From NCBI GenBank assembly GCA_964247055.1, contig OZ176053.1, forward strand, positions 10,168,001-10,232,000: a DNA stretch of 64,000 nucleotides. The letters are read 5' to 3'. Of the stretch, positions 25,042 to 37,297 are shown in pieces. A program made the translations under genes and the position numbers. The notes beneath the pieces were generated by a model. That model worked only from the letters and a program-made list of their open reading frames with translations, was not told the origin of the DNA and searched no databases. The DNA comes from Paragordius varius (Eukaryota; Animalia; Nematomorpha). Position 1 is the stretch's first letter. Each line of letters begins with the position of its first letter.

Positions 25042-27254
25042 AGAGTCAACCAATTTTCTATGTTGAATATATTTGGGAGACCGGGTCCACGGTTTTAAAT
25101 GGTTTCATAAATGGCGGAACCGAAACTAATATTTTTGGCAAAAACTTTTGAAACGCATCGGGAATTAATTCTTCTGTAAACAAAAGGAGAAGAAAAGACT
25201 TGGAACCAGAATCGCACAAAATTGGGTTGCGTATCCAACTCAGTAACTTTTCACACAACCTATGCACACAAATGACTTATTTTTGTTTAATTATTATAAA
25301 CTTGGAAATAGTCCTAAATAATATGTATTTTGTAACTGTGACTTAAATAATCACCCAAAAATTAATATTTCTTCTCGAACTCGAACTGAATTTTTTATAA
25401 CATTTTAATAGAAATTAGAATAAGTGGTGTCCCTATCGGAGATAATTATGACCTACGTGCCTTCGAAAAGATTGTTACGGAACCACCTGAAGCAAACATC
25501 TATAGACACATATGCCCATATCCATAGGACAAAATATATATTTTAAATTATTAGTAGCCAAATGGTTTCATTTTAATACCATACAAATAAAATGCTATTT
25601 ATTCATTGATCTATTATTTATAATGATTTAATTTTATTTTACATTATTTTAATGTACACTTTTCGTCTAAATGCATCAAAATTAATAAATTTGAACTAAA
25701 AAAGCACAATGCAAGTGCTCTTTAAAAACTACCATAAATTCATTAATGGACAAAATTTATGAAAAGATATACAAAAGTATTTTAATGCATACACCAGAAA
25801 TAGGGTGCTATAAAAAAATCTAATGATAAATTAATAAGAAACTAATTGGTTTTTTATCTTAATAAATTATCATGAAGCTTATAAAACAATTCTGTTTCAT
25901 TATAATAATATTGTGAAAACATTTTAAACCAACGTTTTGAAGCGTACTATAATATATACTTATGATAGTTGTAAAACACAAATATATGAAATTTAATTCC
26001 ACGAAAATTGATGCATTTTAATGGAAAATTATAAAAATGGAATTGATGAAGGCGACAAACCATAAATAAATTTTGAGGATCAGATACATCTGATGGATTT
26101 ATTCCGAGAAAAAGGTTATAACAACAGTGCAATTATGTTTGGAAATTTAAACTATGTTTGTATATTACTTTAGTATTTTTTGTGTAGGGGCAAAATATAA
26201 CCACTTTTGAGACCAGACAATATAGTTAAATCAAAATTACTCAAAAAACCTATATCGTAATTTTTAACATACTTTGTCATAAAAAAATACAAAATTTTTG
26301 TTAGAGGGCATTTCCGATATTTTAAAGCTAATATAAAATTTTTTAAAAATACTTACGATAACTATGCGCCCGACTGAAAAAATATCCTGTTGAAATATAT
26401 ATATTCTGATTAAATGCAAGACCTGCTTTTGGGTTAATGTTTTTTATGTATAAAATATATTTTTGCGTAAATACTCTAATCACCATATAATTTTTTTTCT
26501 GGAAAATCTAAATGTTTTATGCCAAAAATCTAAAATATATGATTGTATAAACAAAACAATTTTTTTAAAAATTTAAAATGAAGATGTGTCTAAAAGTCCC
26601 AAGCCCTTGGGCTAGTTATATTAAAATAAACGCAAAAAATCACATATTTTTAGATATATATATGAATATGATATATTACAGTGCGTGCAAAATCAGAGGA
26701 TATAAAAAATATCCTAATGAAAAATATTTATGATAGGAAAAAGTATTAGGATTATAATGGTGCTTTTGGTTTCGGACCTTACGAGGGCTATAAAGTTATT
26801 TACACTTTCCCTGTAGAAAATAGTAAAGTTTGCGCACATTTTTTAAATAAAATTGATGAAAGCTAAATCCATGAATATATAAAAAGAAACAATATTTAAA
26901 AACTTTTAGATTTGGGCTTTAAAAGTTTTCAATTTTTTTGCTCTTATGAAATGGACTTCTTATCTTAACTTAAACGCAAAAATGCCGGATTGCCAAATTA
27001 TAAATATGTGTTAAATTTTGATATCAACTAAAATATTTTTAAAAATATAACTTTTCATAAATTCAATGTCTTGCAAAAGTTTGTTGAGGGCATATTCAAA
27101 CGATTATGAGGCAGAAACGGCACACTGTATAAAAGCGCGTTTTGTGTATAATTCGATGATCCTGATCATTTCTATCGCTTCCTACTTCAAATATTAAGGT
27201 TTGTTTGCTTTCAGATACTGGTCAAGTTTTTAAATCAACACATTTTATGTTTAA

Positions 27255-27510
27255 CACTTTGAAACAAAATTTATTTTAGTCCTCCGATTCAAATCGGGGT
27301 CTTTTGGGACCCCATGCTTATTTTAAATTATTCAAAAACATTAATATGTAACCATTGCAAAAGCTGCTTTATATAGATGCACCGAAAACGACTTATTTAA
27401 AAAAACTAGAAATGTTATTGATAAACCTTAGGGTAAAAATTTAGTCCACTTGACATCTGTGCCTTATAAAATACCACAAAATAAACCACTTTTTCTGCTT
27501 ACATCAATGC
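27255..27510 (-). mobile_element. Diverged partial copy of MITE family A
   Basis: TTAA|CACTTTGAAACAA...gtcctccgattcaaatcgggg followed by degenerate family-A internal sequence. Confidence 0.55.
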
Positions 27511-27674
27511 ACCAATTTTTTTTTAAAAAAGTGCGCAAATTTCTTTCTTGATACGGGCCTAGAAGTTTATTTTTTAATTACTCATAAAGGTTAAAAAACG
27601 AATCCCTATGATAACCCCATAATTTCCTGATATTTGAACATGCGGTTCATTAGGTGCGGCTTTTAAAATTTTGA

Positions 27675-30600
27675 ATGGACAATGAAAATATTATTAAAAA
27701 GCGATCATTTAAAAGACCAACTACTATCAATAGATTTTTGTTTCAATCCACCTGTAAAGTAATCAAATTATAATCTTAGGAAAATCATTTACAACCGATT
27801 TTTGGTATCAGTTTTCACACATTCTACTCTCCAGTTCATGGTACATTATTTTGTACTGTTGGAGGCAATCAAGTTTTTCAGTATTTAACCTAAGGCCAAT
27901 ATATATGCAAGCACTTTAACTGGGCAGATAAAGCGGCTTCGTACATATATTGACGATGTAAGTTCAAAATTTTTTACGGATCCGTTAAATTTTGTTACAG
28001 ACGGTTGAAAAATAACTTTAACAATCTGTAATATTTTTTAAGCATTGGTTAATTATATGAGCTATTCAATTAAAATTTACTACTTTTGACCCATTTTATA
28101 TTTTATCCTCTATCATTATCATTAAAAATATGTAAAAATCTATGTTAACAATATCGATATATATTTTAAAAAAATGTTTTGTTAATCTGTTTTTCGGCCT
28201 AAAATGTATATTTTCAAGTCGTCTAAAAAATGCGGGAGATAAAATGATTTGAACAGATTGTATTATTTTTATTTTCGTAAGAATTTCGCTTCGTCACATT
28301 GTGTCCTGACTAGATTTCTGTTTTCTGCACCTTGCATTTTTCTTTTCTCCAAACGATATTTCATAATTTACTTATCCGGCTTTTTAATATTTAAGCTTAT
28401 TAAATTAAAATACATTTTTTTGAAATATCGGGTAGTCTACGATAAACGTGACCTGCCCATCTCATAAATTTGGTTTTTAAGTAGAGGGCCGACATTAGCA
28501 AGGACTAAATTGTTTTTTAAATAAACTATAAAATATATTGTTTTCATTTTAGAGTGATTGAAATTCTTATTCATTTGTATAGGGATTCGCCATTAAATGA
28601 CGGTACACATGTTTCGATTTTTTCTTGATCTAGCTTATTCTATGGTTATATTAAGCGATTCGAGGTCTTTTGTTATTGTCCTGAACCATGAGATATGAGA
28701 TCGGCCGGATTTCGCTGGTTCAACCGAATAATTTTTTATAGTTTTAAGAATATGGTATTATGCCGTTTTCAACATGTCCGCCCATTGTAACCGGAGATTC
28801 TTGATGACGTTGTTGATGGGGTTGAGATTGAGTGTATGGTACGGGTTTATGGATTCGGTATAAATGAATTTAGAAGGATTGTGTGCGAATAATATTGTTT
28901 TCAATAATTTTGATTCAGCGTTTATGAGTTTGGATTCATTTGTTTTTGACATCGGCCAGGATTCGGATCTGTATGTGACGACGAGACGAATGGCAGTTGT
29001 GTAAATGGCACACTTAGTTTGTAGTTTGACGAATATATTATTTATTAATTTAACGAATGGTATTTTTTCCACATGTGATATGCTATGTTTAATTGCATGT
29101 TCTAATCCGCCACTGGCTGATATCATCGCCCAAATAGCAGTGCTTCTATTTCCATATTGAAAGGGTTGGAAATTGAGTTGATTTTTAAATTCATATTATT
29201 ATTACTATATAAACATTTCGAGCATTTGTAATTTTCATCGTAATCATTTAAAGTTTTAAGACTATTACATTTTTTGTGTACCCATAGAGGACAAGAATTA
29301 CAGCGTACGGAGTTTGATTTAACTTCGTTTTTACATATGCTGCATGGGTTTTTAGAGGTGAAATTATCACACATTAATTTAGTTTTGGAGAAATTGACTT
29401 TAAGCCCGTAACTTTGTAGGGCCATTCCACAAACGAATTTTCGCTACGAGGCATTCGGATGTCGATGTTATTAGGAGATCATTTGCCATGTCTTATTTCT
29501 TCCATAATGACATTGAAGAGAGTCGGGCTTAATATGGATCCTTGCTGGAGTACTCTTATTATTAAAAATTTTTTAGTCCAAACGGGGTTTTGATTTGGGC
29601 TCTGAGTATATCGGTATAAGAGCATTATTTAGGATATCAGCCATTTGTCAACGCCTTGACGCCTAAAGCCCATGGTATAAGATCTCTTAAAATGGCATCG
29701 AAGGCTCGTTCCATGTCAAGAAAAGCGTAGTATAAAATAGCTTTTTTTAATGTATGCGCTTTGAAGTTGTTTTAGCGTGAATATGGCATCTATTGTACTT
29801 TTATTTGGCCGGAACCCGCATTTCGTTTAAATGCAATTTGGGTAGGATTTTGGAGAGAAATACTTTTTCATATACTTTCATAGTGTGATCTAATAACTTT
29901 ATTGGACGGTAGGATTTGGGCAGAAGGGGGTTTCCTTTTTTGTGGGAATGATATCGCTGTTTTCTCAGTCAGGAGGGATTTTTTCGTCTTTTATTATATT
30001 GTTTAATAAAGTTGTCAGATATGAGTCGATAATCTGAGGGTCAGTCGGTTTAAGCATGTCGGCCGTGAGTTCTGAAGGGCCAGGGAGTTTTTTATTTTTC
30101 ATTTTGCATAAAGCGGTATGGATTTCTGATTCAGTTAGGTTTTCAGCACCTTTGAGTAGGTGTTGATGTGATAGGAGTAGTAATGGGATTGTTTAGGTTT
30201 AAAATTTCTTAAAAGTAGTATCAATTTTGGTGGAAAAGTGAAAGAGCACATAAAACTGAAAAATTTGGCACATAAAATTTGGTTTAAGGAAAACCAACCG
30301 TTAAATAGAAAATTGTATCTAAAAACAAATGTTTATGTTGAAAAATTATCAGGGAAACCAAAAATAAGAAGCTCTAAAGTATGCGAAAGTATCGATTAAA
30401 AACAAAACTGTGTATAAATGGGCTAAAAGCATAAATAATAATAACACATCCGAACACTGATTTTAATGGAATTTGAAAACACTGTCTACAAATTTTTTAA
30501 GAGTTATAAGGAGGTGTGAACCACCCGCCCCAAATTTTCACTTAAAATTAGTGAGAGTAAACAATGCAATAATAAATGATCCAGCTATTGTTAAAAACAG

Positions 30601-33600
30601 CTATCATAACTGATAACTACTTTTCAGTAATTTTTAAACTTAAACAATTCCATTACTACTTCTATCACGTCGACACCTACTCAAAGCTGCGCTGAAACTT
30701 AACAAGATATCCATACCTCTTTACGCAAAATGAAAAATAAAAAACTCCCTGGCCCTTCAGATCTTACGGTCGACATGCTTTAGTGGTTGAAATTTTAACA
30801 AGTTTATCGTAGTCGTTGGTTTGCGCAATAATTTAGCGCAGGCGGTGTGATATTCACAAAATTAATATAAATTATGTGTTAGCCGTCCTATTATTTCGGG
30901 CTTTAGATGATCTGTATTTCGAGCTGTCGCTAATATTTCCTAGGAAGGTAAAAATCGCTCAACCCTAGAAGTTTAAAATGAGTACGGTTTTGTTATATAC
31001 ATTAAATTAGAGCTCGGATTATTAGCTGTGGAAATATTATCGGCACAATTCCATATTTTAAGATTAGCACACTTTTTTTGCAACCATCTGCATTATGATA
31101 AATGTCCAGGCCGCAGTTCATATGTTTCAATTGATTGAAGAATATTTATCGATGAATCCATGTAAATAAGATTATTGCAGAGATTCGTCAAATCACCATA
31201 TATCACCTTTATACGCTATTTTCTCCTTTCAAAGGAGGTAAGCGTGTTATAGTTTTTCATTTGTTTCTGTCTTGAGCTTGTTGGATATCGATACTGAGGA
31301 AATCTAGGTCTTCTTGAATGGTGGATTGCCAGGTTTTATAAGGCCTTCATTTTTTGTTTTTATTATTGGTTGAATAAGACTGTATGAACTTTATCCAGTT
31401 TGTGTCTTGCGCTCTGTAGATGTGACCAGCCCAACGCAAACGGTATTCCCGGATAGCTGTATTAATTGGTTTAATTTTTAGAGTTTGATAGGGGCAAAAT
31501 TTGGCTTTGAAATCGTATATGTTGGGGTTATGTGCGAAAAGAATGGCGTTTAGGATCTTTTGCTCACCCTTTTGCAGTTTTAGTAGATTTGATTTAGTCA
31601 TAGGCCAAGTTTCCGTACCATATAGTATAGCAGGACGTATAGCCGTCATAAAAATTTTTGCCTTTGAGCTGAGTAAAACGTATTTATTATATACTATTGT
31701 GCGCAGACTATGATATTTTTTCCAGGCGTCTTTGATTCTATGCGATAAGGCCGATTCTATACCACCACCAGCATCTAAAGTATCGCCTAGGTATGTAAAT
31801 TTGTCTACAATTTCGAATAAAGTGGAGGATTCGGGGATTCTATGGTTAATTAATTGGTTGTACTGCACGGGGGGCAGATAAAGTTTTTATTATCATATAA
31901 ACTTTTTAAAGTGGAGCATTTTTTATGTACCCACTTTAAACATCTGTTACACTTTATTGAGTTTGACTTTACATTTAATGAGCACACGGAGCAGGGCCAT
32001 TTTATTGTCCTGTTTTCATCGCACATAAGTTTGGTCTTAGATGTATTTACCTTCAAACCGAATTTACTTAGGGTATCCTTCCATAAATTTAACTTTTCCA
32101 TTAATTCCGGTGCAGATGTGGCGCATAATATTAAGTCATCAGCGTACAGAAGTTCAAAAGGTAAGCCTTTTCGTATGTCTTTTGTGATCTCCTCCATAAT
32201 TAGGATAAATAAAAGGGGGCTCAATATAGAACCTTGGTGTAGGCCGTTTTCAAGTGGGATGGGGTTCGTATCGCCAACGCTTGTACGGATTACAGTTGAG
32301 GTGTTCTTATATAGTGCTTCTATTATTTGTATCATATTTTCCTCTCTATACCTTGCCTTCTGAGCGACCAAGCAATCAGGTGTTGCGGGACTGAGTTGTA
32401 AGCCTGTTCCATGTCTACAAACGCATAGTGGAGAGGAAGATTTCTCAGGTGAGCATTTTGTAATTGGCGGATTATAAATATTGCATCTATAGTACCCTTG
32501 TTTTTTGAAAATCCAAATTGCATAGAATCTATGGTGGAGTGTCGACGGATTCTGTTGGCTATCAGATTTTCAAAGATTTTAAAACCATGTTCTAAGATGC
32601 GTATGGGACGAAAGTTGGAAACGTTAAAACGATCTCCTTTGCCCTTATAAATTGGGATTGTATAGCTTTTCAGCCAATCAGAGGGTATGATATTATTTAA
32701 TGCTATGTTGTTCGCAAGATTTTTGAAACCATCCAAAAATAAATTATGATCTAGGGCTTTGAATACATCATTTGTGATTTCTGATAAACCTGGGCATTTA
32801 TTACTTTTTAAATTCTTTAAACAAAATTCTATTTCATCATTAGTAAATGGTTGAAATGAAGAATATGTTGGGTGAGGGTTCGTGATTTCCATAGGTATTT
32901 TAGGTTTATTAAAAATATTAAAAAAGTGGTTATACTATGTGGCTTTTATAACTTGGGCGTCGTGGGTTATAGTATTATCGGGTAATCTAATTGCATTTGT
33001 TTCGGCCCTTATATTATTGTCATATTTTACCCATCTATATGCAGATTGGGAAGATGTGGCTTTTTCTAGTTCTTTCCCTTTTTCTTCGCCCATTTTTCTC
33101 ATCGATGCTCTGATGGCTTTACGTCAATCTTTCTTTGTTTGGAGGTAATTTATTTTGCTGTCAGCACTTTTTTCTTTTTTCCATTTTTGGAAATCAGATT
33201 TCTTTTTCTTAATTATATCTATCAGGGATATTTGCCACCACCATTTGAATGCTTTTTTATTATTAGATTTCATTCTGCCAACATTCTTCTCTAGTGATTC
33301 AATGCAGCTATATTTTAAGGAATTCCAGAGGTGTTCCGGAGAGGTTGTTTTTAATTTAAGGGAACTTTCCGTGTCGAGTTTCAATCTATTATTGATATTA
33401 TTATCGACTAATTTTTTATATCTAAATTTAGGTTTATTTTGTCCAATGGGTGATTGCGTTGATGTAGATTTATATAATTCAGCAATAATGAGTTTGTGCT
33501 GTAGTTCTAAAGCGGGGATAGATCTAATATTTTTAAAATGGGATTTGTTTTCTTTTATTGACATAATTATGTCAATCATCGAGCGATTTGTGCCGGATAT

Positions 33601-36600
33601 ATAGGTTAGCAAGTTATTATCATTTTTTTAAAAAAAGGTATTAATGATGGATAAATTATTATTACTTGCGAAATCTAATAATATTTTACCTTTTTCATTT
33701 AAATCATCCATTCCAAAACCTCCATGTACTGAATGTAAAGATTCTTTACCGAAGTGAGAGTTTAGGTCACCCCCAATAAATATGAAATCAGTGTGTGGAA
33801 TAGCAGTGACTTTTTCATATAAAGCCAACCAGAATAAATCCTTACAGTTTGAATCACAATTGATTTGTGGGGCGTATACGGATAAAATATGATAGATTTT
33901 TTTGTTGATTTGAATTTTTAATACTAATAATCTTTCAGAACAGTAATCGATGGATATGATATTGGGTACAATGGAATTTTTGACATAAACTCCGACACCT
34001 GATGAACGGCCATTAGATCCAGACCAGAATAATTTATAATCTAGAATGTTTTTGGAACCAGTGTTCTTCCAGCGAGTTTCTTGGACGCAACATATTTCGA
34101 TGTTCTTGGAGAGCAAAGCTGCTATTTCCTGACTCCCTCTGTTAAAGATGTTATATTTTAAGTGGCCAGACGAATGATATGATTAGTATGAAGTGTGGGA
34201 TTCGAACACATCTTATGTTTCGTTATAATGTATTGATATGATAAGAACAAGCAAAAAGCAAGAAAGAAAAGTGAATTAGCGATAAAATACTGAAGTAAAT
34301 TATGGAGCAACCGTTTTTTACGCCGTGTATGCCCTTACTAACCGGCAACCAGAGAATCTGGAGTAAAGTAAATAAACGATTAAAGAAAGATGGTGGTTAC
34401 AGCTGTTCTCACCATAGAATGCCTTAATATTTTATTGATTATAACTAAAATTAGGATGAACTTTTTGACGCTAAATTATTTAATTACATTTTTTTAGATA
34501 CGCACGAGTCTTTAGTTAACGAATAATGTTTAAAGGAAAGATAAAGCAATAAATTAAAAAGAAAAAATTTAAAAATTAAAGGACAAATATTAATTTATCC
34601 AAAATAGTTAAAACAATAAATTTACTCATTAACTAAAAGCGATAAGAGAAACTTAGTATGTTATCCAAAATTTATTTATCATAATATTTATCAAATCTTA
34701 TAAAACTTCTTATGTCATCCGAATACTCTAAAAAATAATTTTTATCCAGATAAAATATTACCATATTTTTACCATATTATATATAAATTTTTTATCAGAG
34801 TGATGAGATTTATTATACATGCGCTTGGACAATGAATGAGGAAAAACAAACCAAAGTCATACTTGGGGGATGTAAAGGCATTATACGTATTTTGCATTTC
34901 CAAACCAAAAATAATGCAATGGAACATTTGTTGGGCCATGGTCAATCTATTAATGATATTAAGGTTCACCCACTAAATCCTAATCTCATATTAACTGCAA
35001 GCAAAGGTTTTTACTGATTACACTTTTTAATGTTTAAAGGGGTAATATACAAACCATAACGCTTAAACATGCAAATGTTTGTTTATTAAAAAACTGATTA
35101 ATATATTTCAGCATTTTATACAATTTAATAATTAAAAAAATTTATAAATCGAGTAATTATCTGTGGTATTTGTTCTTTTTAAGGTTGATAACAAATAACG
35201 TTGTATGCTATTGTTTCGATAAATATTTAAACATTAAAAATTACATGTATATATATATATATATATAATATTTATAGATCATTCGATTAGGTTATGGAAC
35301 TTAAATACAAAAGTCCCCGTCGTCATATATTCCGGTGTAGATGGTCACAGAGATGAAGTCATCGCTTGCGTATATTTTTTCTTTATTTTGAAAAATATAA
35401 AACAAATTTTACAAAGAATTTTTTGATCATAAAAACATATTACGTTAGGACATTCATAAAAGTGGAAAATATTTTGTTTCCTGTGGAATGGATCATGCAA
35501 TTAAAGTTTGGTCCCTCGGATCTGAGTCGGATTGCAAAATCTTAAAGGCCATTGAAGCGTCACATAGTTATATCGGTGCAGAAAATGGGTAAATTTTGAA
35601 ATTTAAATAAATTAATAATTACTACTACCTATTCACCTATTTTATTTTGCTTCCATAAAAAACGTATAATCATTTTTTCGTGCTTTTTCCATAAGATCAA
35701 AAACCTGTTTAATAATAAGATTTTGGACGGGTTAAAATATATTTATCTTATGACCGCATATATCAATTTTTGACATTATTAACATATGGAGTATAAAAAA
35801 ATATATACGATAGCTTAAATTTAATGAGAATTTTAACAATAGTAACAGTATTTGAACCTTTTTGTTGATTAATTTCGTATTGTGCCATTTATAATATAGA
35901 TATCTTATTTCATTATTAATAACTGATTAGATTGTTAATGATTGCATTTATAATTTTTCGGAACGGTTTATACTTTTTGATCGATCGTTAATCATCATTT
36001 GCAAAATTGTTAGTTAATCACAATTGTGTGATGGAAAAAACCCTCTTTAACTATAATATTTTAGGACACGATTGTAACCTAATTAATAACACATTCAATC
36101 ATTTTTAAGTTATTAATTTCATTGGGTTTAGTTCTTTTGCGGTACGTAGTAATTAATTTTTGCCTGATAATAAACTTTATAAGCATTATATTTAGGTATT
36201 TAAATAAAGAAAACGAGATATCCGTTTATTTTAAATTTTTATACCATTTTTTTTAAATTTTATTACCTTTTATCATGCAGGGCGCAAAAATCATTTGAAA
36301 CAGAGCTGTGCCATACACCATTATTTACTACACGTAGCATCCATAAAAACTATATTGACTCAGTGCTCTGGTTTAATAACATTTTGTTTTCCAAATCTTG
36401 CGAAAATATTATATCGTGTTGGAAGATTGGAAATTTCGATAATTTCGCCCTCCAATATTATAGTAAACAAGAAACCCGCAAAAAAGGTTATAAAGAAAGT
36501 TATTTGTTTAATAAACAATATCATAACTAAAAATCATTCAATTCGATTTATAATATGTTTTTTTAGATGAATCACTTTCTTTGCCTTATGAATCGATTGA

Positions 36601-37226
36601 AGATTGTCTAAAACCGCACGCTAAAGCAAACAAAATTTTTGAATTCTATTTGACTGACTGTGAATTATGGTTTATACGAATGTGTATAGATCCAACATAT
36701 AGGGTATGGTGATTTATATTTGTGAAAAATTATTTTTACCTTAAATAGTTTTTAGCGATTGGGAATTGCGTGGGAAAAGTATTTGTTTGGGATTTAAATG
36801 TTGATCAACCAAATAAAACCGAGTAAATATATTTTTTAAAAAATTTACCATTTTTAACTTTGACTTTTTAATTAATACCTCTTAATACTTGACATATACC
36901 ATATTTATCTTATAGCCCGCACATTTTAAAACAAAATAATTGTAAAAGTACCATACGACAATTATGTTTTGGTCCAGCTTACCCATTCAAGAGCCTAGTC
37001 AAAAATGAAATATTGGCTAAAAGTGAAAATGGATCTTCGAATAATTCTACGCCGTATTTATTTTTTATAAAAAACTCTTTTCTTATAAAATCTTTTAAAT
37101 ATATATCTTATATTTTATCTTATTAGAAAGAATGGGGCAGTATTAGAAGAGGTATGGATGAAAAAGATGTCTCTTATAGCCGTTTGTGATGACGCTAGTG
37201 TTTGGCGTTGGGATATAGTATTTTAA
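27675..37226 (+). CDS. EED: Polycomb protein EED/esc (WD40); 11 exons: 27675-27758, 27780-27872, 27895-27957, 34799-35006, 35278-35369, 35449-35588, 36281-36486, 36567-36703, 36749-36822, 36916-37053, 37127-37226
   Basis: Spliced translation ENHLQPIFGISF...FCTVGGNQ...TYIDD|SDEIYYTCAW...GHGQSINDIKVHP...DHSIRLWN...GHRDEV...SCGMDHAIKVW...IHKNYIDSV...SKSCEN...CELWFIRM...LAIGNCVGKVFVWDL...IRQ...LIAVCDDASVWRWD follows EED motif by motif. Confidence 0.95.
28280..28500 (-). mobile_element. Short decayed RTE LINE 3' fragment (EED intron 3)
   Basis: Minus strand LKTKFMRWAGHVYR followed by stops. Confidence 0.6.
28570..30225 (-). mobile_element. 5'-truncated decayed RTE-clade LINE (RT, Cys-rich zinc finger, C-terminus) in EED intron 3
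   Basis: ORFs 29123-29425 (YGLKVNFSKTKLM...CSICKNEVKSNSVRCNSCPLWVHKKC) and 28758-29126 (AIRLVVTYRSESW...LRLQWA); degenerate RT motifs upstream (FLDMERAFD); same family as 31201-34408. Confidence 0.85.
30610..30782 (+). repeat. Inverted copy of the RTE segment at ~30050-30225
   Basis: aaacaattccattactact...aaaatgaaaaataaaaaactccctggcccttcaga is the reverse complement of 30050-30225. Confidence 0.8.
31201..34408 (-). mobile_element. Near full-length RTE-clade non-LTR retrotransposon (AP endonuclease + RT + Cys-rich finger), inactivated by frameshifts and stops, antisense in EED intron 3
   Basis: EN: ICCVQETRW, SVYAPQ, GGDLN; RT: FRPIRIL, QFGF...GTIDAIF, AFVDMEQAYNSVP, GLHQGSILSPLLF, LLYADDL; thumb LRWAGH; 8-bp direct repeat TCACCATA at 31193-31200 and 34409-34416 fits a TSD. 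Confidence 0.93.
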
Positions 37227-37297
37227 ACAAATAAAAACACTCTATAAATAATTTTTTTATTAAATTTATTTTTTTACACATAATATTATTTATTACA

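Noticed and set aside
25058-25267. Minus-strand ORF of 69 aa
   Set aside because: No recognisable motif; overlaps the probable unresolved 3' exons of vWA paralog 2 on the plus strand.
26679-27127. TA|CAGTG...CACTG|TA as a Tc1-like MITE
   Set aside because: Inverted similarity is limited to ~7 bp; not enough to call.
31501-33604. Plus-strand ORFs 31501-31713, 31854-32363, 32882-33148, 33155-33604
   Set aside because: Antisense shadows of the RTE ORF.
34190-34212. B-box-like GTTCGAATCCC on the minus strand suggesting a tRNA or SINE
   Set aside because: No cloverleaf or A box could be built; it lies at the start of the RTE ORF. No tRNA or rRNA gene was recognised anywhere in the window.
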